From a virus, in the IMG/VR virus record IMGVR_UViG_3300045988_101452: a DNA stretch of 41,581 nucleotides; one strand, given 5' to 3'. The notes beneath the pieces were generated by a model. The model was not told where the DNA came from. It searched no databases and saw only the letters and a list, made by a program, of their open reading frames with translations. Below are positions 34,738-41,581 of the stretch, one piece after another; positions within the stretch are counted from its first letter, which is position 1, and each line of letters starts with the position of its first letter. A program made the translations under genes and the position numbers.

Positions 34738-37350
34738 CTAATCCATTGGGCAAATTAAAAATCCATTAAACCCTTGCCCAGAAGTCGTATTACTTGCTGG
34801 GACAATCGCAACTTTTCCATCACCAGAATCATTGTATTGAATACGTGTAGAGTTAGTTGCTGACATAACACCAAAGGAGTCATATCCATCTGAAGCTCTT
34901 CCATTTGCTGGAACATAACAAAGAGTATTTGGCTGATTTCCCGTTATAGCTGGGCAAACAATTTTTCTAAAGTGGATGTATAAAACACCATTTTTAACTC
35001 GATAACGAGCTTTTCCCCCAGAACCAATACTAAAACCACTGGCAAGTGTTAGATTTGTCCAAGGAACATCAGTTGATAAATCAGTACCTCGAGGTGTAAG
35101 TTGAGCATAGTTTCCATCTGAGTCGCTTATGAACGGTCCTTGAAAATTAATCCCAGCTAATCTGTAAAATCCTGTATTAATGTTCGTAAATTTCTGAGCT
35201 AGTCCTTGTTCAGAATCAAGTGCTATATCGTTTCTAGTATTAACAGTTCCGTCTGTCTTTGAAATTATAATATGATTATCTTTGATTTCAGTAGAGATTG
35301 AAACTTGACCATTAGTTGTTGTGCTTACAAACTCACCATCAGTAATTGTTAAATTGTTACCGTTGATATTATGTGCATTTATTTCGCTTAATATCCAGTT
35401 AGTTCCTGACCAATAGTATTCAGTGCCAGATAATATAACTGTTCCGTCACTCGCTGTAAGGTCAGACGTACCTAAATATTTCCAAGTTAAACCTTTGAAT
35501 CGAGTGGTCGGCTCAGTATCGGAAACAACTTTACCTGGGTCACCGTTACTTCCAGCAGGGCCTTGAATACCTTGGTCTCCCTTATCGCCTTTATCACCTT
35601 TAATCAAGCTCCATGTATACTTACTTGGGTCTGTAGAATCAGTGCTCGTAAAGTCTGTATATTGTCCGATATAAGTTTTACCAGTCGCATTTGATACATC
35701 AAATCCAGCCGTACCGGTTGAGTTTGTAGCATAAGCGATGTGAAGATAACTTGTTTTTCCGTCAGCTCCGGCTTGTCCGGGGATACCAGTTGCTCCAGGG
35801 TCACCTTTTAATCCTTGCGGACCTTGCGGACCCTGTGCGCCCTTAGCGCCATCATTCACATTAGTGATAGTCACCGACTGACTTGCGACTACTTTACCGC
35901 CAACTGTCGCTTTAAAGCTGTAAACTGCCTTATTCGCAACTCCTCCGGCATCCACAGTGATTTCTTGAACGTTTGCGACAACCGTTCCGTCTTTCGACCA
36001 TTCGTAGCTGTCTGCGTCTGTTTCAGTCGTATCTGACCCAAAGTAGATGTGGGCGCCTAATGTAGTCGTTCCTGTTCCATTTTTAAATTGAGTACCGTTG
36101 GTAGAGGTTATGTCCGGCCGATAAGGAGTGCTATCTTTAATCAACTGAGCCAACCGAGCTTCTAAATCATCTGAAATTCCACTCTCTAATTCAATGTAAT
36201 TACTAAAGGTCAATTTATTATTAGAAGGGTTAGAAAAACTTATCTCAAGCTCAGAAACACGGGCTTGAAGAATCAAGCCACCTGTTTGAGTGTTAAAGTT
36301 TTCATCTTGGATTCGTACCGTATCGCCAATGGATAAAGGTTTACCATCGCCAACTGCTTGACTCACTAATTGACTTTTAGCACTCACTTCATAAGTGACT
36401 AATGCATAAGCATATTTTTTAAACTGGCTAAGGGCATAGCCCCACATATCATTAACATTAGTATATTCAGTTTCAAAATCCTTACGTATCCAGATATCAC
36501 CAGTTGCAGATTGTATTTGTGATGGATATAATTCAGCAGATAATGGCGCAAAAGCTAATGTTGAGCCTTTTCTCTTATAAAATTCTTCTACACCATCCGC
36601 ATTTTTAACAGACCATTCTGAATTATTCCAATTTAAACCATCTGCTCCAGTTATATTTGTAGCATTAAAAATTTGAGTACGATCTACTGTTCTTCTAACT
36701 TCTGAAACATTTTTTCCAAAATATAAAGTAACATCATTTCGCCATGTTCCCACCCCTTGAATATTTGCGCCATCATTAGCTTTATAAATATTTAAGGTCA
36801 TCCCTTTTAATGTCCCATCATCATTTAGCTCTGTCACAAATTCAAATTCTGCATCAAAGTTACCAATTACAGATAAGAGCCGAGCAAGTTTGGTTTCTTG
36901 GCCATCATAATTGATTGTACGAGTAAGACTAGAGACTTCATTAATCCCAATCATAATTTGAGCATTAGAAATGAGCTGCATTTGGTCAAAATACCATTGG
37001 ATATTATGACTTGAGCTATTGACTAAAGGATTCGCTTGTTCATTTCTAAGTTCAAGATTCAAAGTCGCAGTATTCAAGGTAATGACATCATCTGTTTCTT
37101 CAGAGGTCAGAACACTAAATAGAAAATCTTCTCCTTCATAAGTAAAACTAATATAGGCTTGGTCATTTAGAAATTGACAATAATCTTGCAAAGCTCCGTT
37201 TTTAAATTTATTAACCGAGAAATCAAAGGTAGCTGCCCCTTCCGCCAAATAGCGGTGCCAATTATCATTGAAAAAAGAAGGGAGCCCAGGCACTTCGTTA
37301 CTTAAGAACCCCACTCGATTCATTTGGTTGTCGTGAATTGTAATCTGCAT
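34738..37350 (-). CDS. tail-associated lysin/anti-receptor (Tal) with collagen-like repeats; start MQITIHDN overlapping Dit stop (TAATG)
   Basis: N-terminus typical of prophage tail endopeptidase family; GAKGAQGPQGPQGLKGDPGATGIPGQAGADGK repeats. Confidence 0.7.
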   Translation of the reverse strand: MQITIHDNQMNRVGFLSNEVPGLPSFFNDNWHRYLAEGAATFDFSVNKFKNGALQDYCQFLNDQAYISFTYEGEDFLFSVLTSEETDDVITLNTATLNLELRNEQANPLVNSSSHNIQWYFDQMQLISNAQIMIGINEVSSLTRTINYDGQETKLARLLSVIGNFDAEFEFVTELNDDGTLKGMTLNIYKANDGANIQGVGTWRNDVTLYFGKNVSEVRRTVDRTQIFNATNITGADGLNWNNSEWSVKNADGVEEFYKRKGSTLAFAPLSAELYPSQIQSATGDIWIRKDFETEYTNVNDMWGYALSQFKKYAYALVTYEVSAKSQLVSQAVGDGKPLSIGDTVRIQDENFNTQTGGLILQARVSELEISFSNPSNNKLTFSNYIELESGISDDLEARLAQLIKDSTPYRPDITSTNGTQFKNGTGTTTLGAHIYFGSDTTETDADSYEWSKDGTVVANVQEITVDAGGVANKAVYSFKATVGGKVVASQSVTITNVNDGAKGAQGPQGPQGLKGDPGATGIPGQAGADGKTSYLHIAYATNSTGTAGFDVSNATGKTYIGQYTDFTSTDSTDPSKYTWSLIKGDKGDKGDQGIQGPAGSNGDPGKVVSDTEPTTRFKGLTWKYLGTSDLTASDGTVILSGTEYYWSGTNWILSEINAHNINGNNLTITDGEFVSTTTNGQVSISTEIKDNHIIISKTDGTVNTRNDIALDSEQGLAQKFTNINTGFYRLAGINFQGPFISDSDGNYAQLTPRGTDLSTDVPWTNLTLASGFSIGSGGKARYRVKNGVLYIHFRKIVCPAITGNQPNTLCYVPANGRASDGYDSFGVMSATNSTRIQYNDSGDGKVAIVPASNTTSGQGFNGFLICPMD

Positions 37351-38894
37351 TATAAGTAGCGCTCCTTCCATTGGATTTCTATTTGAGGCGGAGTAGTATT
37401 CCATGATGATTGATAAATGTCAAGTTCAGTTTCTCCAGATGGAAGCGAGATAAATTCTGAACCTGTAACCAGCTCATTATTAGATGAAATACCATCTTTT
37501 GTTATCTTTCCGTTTTCCATATCTAATTCCATTACCGAACCAGCTTGATAACGATTAGGCAAATCATGCCATACATCGACTTTATCTTTCCGACACCAGA
37601 ATCTACGAAGTGATAATTCTCCCAGAAATTTATTTGAATTTGTGAAATTACCAATAAAAATATAAACCCTCTCAATTGGTACATTTTCTAATTCAGGAAC
37701 ATTAATCGTTTGTCGGCTTCCTTTCCAGTAAAAGCCTAAACTTGCACCTTGTTTGACAAAATCAGCTGACCCTTTTTTACTGTTGAACATGGTGTTGTTA
37801 TTGGGGTCTTTAGTCTGCTCTCCATCATTCGTTGTAAAGGTAATTGATTTATACTCTTTAGGATGGTCTCCGCCAACCCAAAATTTCGCTGCCCCTGTGT
37901 TACCTGTCTTATCAGATTTGACAATTCCGTAACCAGCTACGAATTTATCATTTGAGTCCGTGAACATAATTTGGAGCAATCCTGTCTGACCATTTTGTAA
38001 AGCGTGAACAAAAATATTAAACCATGCATAAAAATTAACAGAACCTTTTTCTCCATTTGAATCTGGTGGAATGTCAAGAGACAGCATTCCTCCTCTATGA
38101 GTACTTCCAGTAGCTGTGCTTTGGGTTATAAGCCTTAATCCATCTTTTAAATAACCAATTTTCCCTGTCGTATCACAAGTTCCACCGACTGATGCAATTT
38201 GTGGGTTAACTTTACCACTCGCATCTACAAAATCACTAAATTGCAAATCAGAATCAGTTGTATATAATACCTCACTTTCAGGAACCGTTTCTCCATCTGC
38301 TTCATCTCTTTTCCCAAGCTCTAAAATACCATTCTCATTAACAAGACCAAGATAACCATTTTCATGAGCATTGGTAATTTTTATTTTTGGGAAAGTTTCA
38401 AGAGTTCCTTGATTGTTAATTTGAACTTTTGTCGAACCATCAGCATTATGAGTAATTGTTCCAAACTCTCCTCCTGAATTAGATTCATTCAAAACTTTGG
38501 TATCTATTGTCGTTGAATAACCGTCAGGAATTAAAAACGTAATTGAACCTACGGCTTGATAAAATGTTGATTCATCTAAAGTTGGCACTCCATCTGGAAC
38601 TGCCATCCAAACCTGGTTGACATCATCATCAAAAATAAGCGGTTGAGGCGCTGTTACATTTAATGCTTTAGCCAGTTGTTTTCTAATTGAGGTAAATCTA
38701 TCAGGTTTAACATTTACAATAAAATTTATTGTTATTGACTTACTATCGATCGAATTGCGTATAAAGTCAGAACCTACTTTTAAATTTGTCTGAGTATTAT
38801 TAGTCCAACCAGAACCAATATTTCTTGTAATAGCAGTAAATCCATCTACAATTGTAGATAAATCTATGCCATTATATAAAACTTTAAATCCCAT
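37350..38894 (-). CDS. distal tail protein (Dit), enlarged 514 aa (likely carbohydrate-binding insertion)
   Basis: position between TMP and Tal; N-terminus Dit-like. Confidence 0.6.
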   Translation of the reverse strand: MGFKVLYNGIDLSTIVDGFTAITRNIGSGWTNNTQTNLKVGSDFIRNSIDSKSITINFIVNVKPDRFTSIRKQLAKALNVTAPQPLIFDDDVNQVWMAVPDGVPTLDESTFYQAVGSITFLIPDGYSTTIDTKVLNESNSGGEFGTITHNADGSTKVQINNQGTLETFPKIKITNAHENGYLGLVNENGILELGKRDEADGETVPESEVLYTTDSDLQFSDFVDASGKVNPQIASVGGTCDTTGKIGYLKDGLRLITQSTATGSTHRGGMLSLDIPPDSNGEKGSVNFYAWFNIFVHALQNGQTGLLQIMFTDSNDKFVAGYGIVKSDKTGNTGAAKFWVGGDHPKEYKSITFTTNDGEQTKDPNNNTMFNSKKGSADFVKQGASLGFYWKGSRQTINVPELENVPIERVYIFIGNFTNSNKFLGELSLRRFWCRKDKVDVWHDLPNRYQAGSVMELDMENGKITKDGISSNNELVTGSEFISLPSGETELDIYQSSWNTTPPQIEIQWKERYL

Positions 38895-41581
38895 TATTTC
38901 CCCCTCAATAAATCAATTTTTTTCTGATAATTGTCTATAGCCCTATTCATTTCAGGTGCTAAACCATTTGATAGACTTCGTTCATCAATGATAGGGGTAG
39001 GCATATTAGATACTGCATAAAGTTGCCGCTCATTAACTCCTAAAATTTGAGAAAGTAATCCAACTGTTTGAAATAATATGCTAGAGATATCATTAGAATT
39101 ATTTTGATTATCTGAATTATTGTTAATCGTTTGACTTGCTTGATTCAATAATTGTGTCGCTCTCGATTTCTTTTGAGGGTCAAGGGGAATCACCATCTCA
39201 GGACGATTTCCTTCAGCAATTTCATAAAATCCATGAGCATTTATGATTCCACCATTTTCATAGCCATGCCCATTTCCAAGAAATGATAAACTTGGGCCAT
39301 AGGTTTTTTTAGCATAATTAAGAGCAGCTAATAAGTTATCGTAACCATTAAAAATATCACCGTGACCAGGGAATTTATTGGCATTGAAAGTTGAGGAAAT
39401 TGTTTGCATTAGTCCTTTAGCAAGGTCACCAGTAATATTATTAATATCTCCAATATTTCCTTGTACAGCTTTTTCATTACCGCTTGATTCTGTTGCGATT
39501 TGGCGAAGTACACGGTCAATCATATCTTGGCTAGTGCTCAATCCGTTAGCTGCAAGTGCCTGTTTAACTTGTCCAGCCCAACGTTGAACACCAGTACCAG
39601 ATGGCGAACCTTGTGAACCTCCTGCATCTGATTCAGCTTTTTTGAAGAATGACTGTAAGAATTTAATAAAATTATCCTCAGCAGTTTGAGCAGAACCTTT
39701 TGCCATCCTAGTTACAACTGGCGGAAAGTCATTTTCTAAATTGTCTAATCCTAAGCCATTATAAATAGCTTCTACAACTCCTTTGGGGCCTTTTGAAATA
39801 ACGCTAGTAACATCTTTATATGTTGATTTAACCCATCCAAGCGCATCTGACAAGAAACCAGATACTCCGTCAGCATGAGCTGGTAAATTAGCTGTTAATG
39901 ATAAGAATTCTTTTGACATTGAGTGAGGAAGAATCGAAGTACCAGCTTTCAAGTTACGAATTTCAGGGCCCTGTTGTCCAACTGCAAAAATACCACGGCT
40001 TTGATGGTGAGCAAGCTCAAATCCTTCTTCACCAACTAAAGCTGTTTCATCTTGAGCTAATCCACGAGTACCTACAGCATATCCTTTAAGGCTAACGTGA
40101 CCGATATTTCCCCAACCTTTATGCAGGAAGTTAAGGACGCCATTAATCCCGTCAACAAATGAGTTAATTAAGTCTCTTGAATCTCTAAATCCTTTTGTAT
40201 ACTGTTCTACCGTTTGTTTTTGTTCTCCTGCAGCAGCTTTTACATTTTTGTCAGCCTTATCATTAGCAAAGTCAATTGTTTCTTTATGAGTTTTTTGTGC
40301 CTTATCTACTACGCCTTTATATTGTTCATTAGCGTGACCAATTGAATCATCACGTTGCTTTTTAGTAGTTTTTATCATTTCATCATATTGAGCTTTTGTT
40401 ATAGAACTATTTTCTGCACGTTGTTTATCAATTGCTGCAACGGATTTTTTATATTGTTCATTTGCTGCTTTTACAACATCATCTTTTTGTTTTTGCGCCT
40501 TATCCTTAACACCTTTATATTCATCGTCAGCCTTTTCGAGCGTATCAATTAATTGTTTTTGATTTAATTTACCTTTTTTATTCTTTAAATCATCAAGTAA
40601 ATCTAGTTGTTTATTTTGAGCGATCTTAGTAGCAGTATTTATTTGATTATTCATCTGCTCTTCAGATTTTGTTTGTGTTTTAGCATAGTCTTTTTCAATC
40701 TTATTCATATTGTTGCTATGCTCTTTTTTATTTTGCTCTTGCTTATTATCAAAAGAATTTGTTGCTCTTAAAATTTCAGCCATCATCTCTTTTTGATATT
40801 GAGGTGAATTTTTACCGTATTTCTTTTCCAGTGCTAAAAGAGCATCAGTACTGCCTGATTTAATTTTTTTAATCTCAGCATCATGATCTTTAGTTAATCT
40901 TGTATTAGCATCATTAGCTCTTTTTTGCTCTTTAGAAACACTAGCGTAGTAGTTATCAGTATTCTTCTTCATCTCATCAAGATTCTTCTTCTGAGCAGCT
41001 TTCTGCTTATCGTCTGAATCTTTTTGGCCTTTGGTCATTTTGTCTGCTTGAGCTTGAGTAATTACACCATTTTTAACTAGAATATCTACTTGCTTTTTAG
41101 AATCTTTTTCTTGATTCTGATAAAACTTATCAATATCTTTGGACATCTTTGCATAAGCATCAGCAGTTGCTTTCTTAGCTTTTTCAAGTGATTTCTCATC
41201 GACAATATCAACATTTGATGCCTTGTTAATTTTATCCAAGAATCCTTGGTAGTCCTTGGAGAACTCTTTCATATCTTTTGTTGGTGCTTTAGGGTCAAAC
41301 TTAACAACTGGTAGCTTTTCGCTTTTTAATGAAGATTCTTTTAAACCGTCATTAATCAAATTCCCAAGCTTTTTACCTAAGTTTTTACCACCCATTCCAC
41401 CTATTGCTGCACCAATTGCTGTACCAATACCAGGAGCGATAAGAGAACCAATCGCTGCTCCTGCCGCTGCTCCACCAAGTGAGCCAGCAACTCCGCCAGT
41501 CTTTTGAGCTGTACTATCTTTACTGAGTAATTCAGCTCCTGCATTTATTCCGCCAGACAAGACTGTACTTCCGCCAACAGA
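38894..41581 (-). CDS. tail tape measure protein, C-terminal part (same ORF as 1..2302 across the circular junction); M at 41560 is internal
   Basis: stop-free to window end; coiled-coil, Gly-rich segments and a C-terminal region typical of TMP. Confidence 0.8.
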   Translation of the reverse strand, partial: SVGGSTVLSGGINAGAELLSKDSTAQKTGGVAGSLGGAAAGAAIGSLIAPGIGTAIGAAIGGMGGKNLGKKLGNLINDGLKESSLKSEKLPVVKFDPKAPTKDMKEFSKDYQGFLDKINKASNVDIVDEKSLEKAKKATADAYAKMSKDIDKFYQNQEKDSKKQVDILVKNGVITQAQADKMTKGQKDSDDKQKAAQKKNLDEMKKNTDNYYASVSKEQKRANDANTRLTKDHDAEIKKIKSGSTDALLALEKKYGKNSPQYQKEMMAEILRATNSFDNKQEQNKKEHSNNMNKIEKDYAKTQTKSEEQMNNQINTATKIAQNKQLDLLDDLKNKKGKLNQKQLIDTLEKADDEYKGVKDKAQKQKDDVVKAANEQYKKSVAAIDKQRAENSSITKAQYDEMIKTTKKQRDDSIGHANEQYKGVVDKAQKTHKETIDFANDKADKNVKAAAGEQKQTVEQYTKGFRDSRDLINSFVDGINGVLNFLHKGWGNIGHVSLKGYAVGTRGLAQDETALVGEEGFELAHHQSRGIFAVGQQGPEIRNLKAGTSILPHSMSKEFLSLTANLPAHADGVSGFLSDALGWVKSTYKDVTSVISKGPKGVVEAIYNGLGLDNLENDFPPVVTRMAKGSAQTAEDNFIKFLQSFFKKAESDAGGSQGSPSGTGVQRWAGQVKQALAANGLSTSQDMIDRVLRQIATESSGNEKAVQGNIGDINNITGDLAKGLMQTISSTFNANKFPGHGDIFNGYDNLLAALNYAKKTYGPSLSFLGNGHGYENGGIINAHGFYEIAEGNRPEMVIPLDPQKKSRATQLLNQASQTINNNSDNQNNSNDISSILFQTVGLLSQILGVNERQLYAVSNMPTPIIDERSLSNGLAPEMNRAIDNYQKKIDLLRGK

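Noticed and set aside
33263-36036. ORFs 33263..33475, 33379..33585, 33506..33709, 35604..35804, 35815..36036
   Set aside because: Alternate-frame artefacts of the collagen-like G-X-Y DNA repeats inside the fibre and Tal genes.
41560-41560. Met at 41560 as start of the tape measure protein
   Set aside because: The frame stays open to the window end and continues in frame from the ATG at 2302 across the circular junction, so this is an internal Met.
1-41581. Diversity-generating retroelement, retron or CRISPR-Cas
   Set aside because: No reverse-transcriptase-like ORF, no template/variable repeat pair, no cas-like genes or spacer arrays seen.

Overview
The window reads as a complete, circularly assembled temperate siphovirus genome of about 41.5 kb. 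The first 55 nt are identical to the last 55 nt, so the unique length is 41,526 bp. The sequence is AT-rich, and the gene content resembles P335/Sfi21-like cos-type phages of Lactococcus or Streptococcus. Both the host call and the family call are inference from gene content only. Almost everything is on the minus strand in one long series. It starts with a genetic switch (cro-like HTH, Bro-N/KilA-C antirepressor). Early and replication genes follow: an AP2 protein, an ERF-like annealing protein, SSB, and a replisome organiser with internal ori iterons. Next come a block of small unknown early ORFs, an ArpU-like late activator and a non-coding stretch with tRNA-like elements. The morphogenesis genes are HNH endonuclease, TerS, TerL, HK97-type portal, ClpP-like protease, HK97 major capsid, connectors, major tail protein, the gpG/gpGT chaperone pair, and a roughly 1644-aa tape measure protein whose ORF crosses the window junction. 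They are followed by an enlarged Dit, a collagen-repeat Tal, collagen-repeat fibre and RBP genes, an LL-H-type holin and a GH25 endolysin. The plus strand carries a cI-like XRE repressor, an ImmA-type metalloprotease, an unknown ORF and a tyrosine integrase. It also carries an attP-like region with iterated arm-type repeats next to a complete tRNA-Met (CAU) on the minus strand. The best candidates for something undescribed are three. The first is a self-contained two-gene plus-strand cassette wedged into the cI/cro switch region and convergent with the early promoter. The second is a moron with its own promoter and terminator encoding a zinc-ribbon multi-TM protein between gpGT and the tape measure gene. 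The third is a non-coding island between the lysis cassette and tRNA-Met holding consensus promoters, four stacked minus-strand terminators and putative small RNAs. All calls come from reading the sequence and the supplied ORF translations. No database search, tRNA scan or folding computation was possible.
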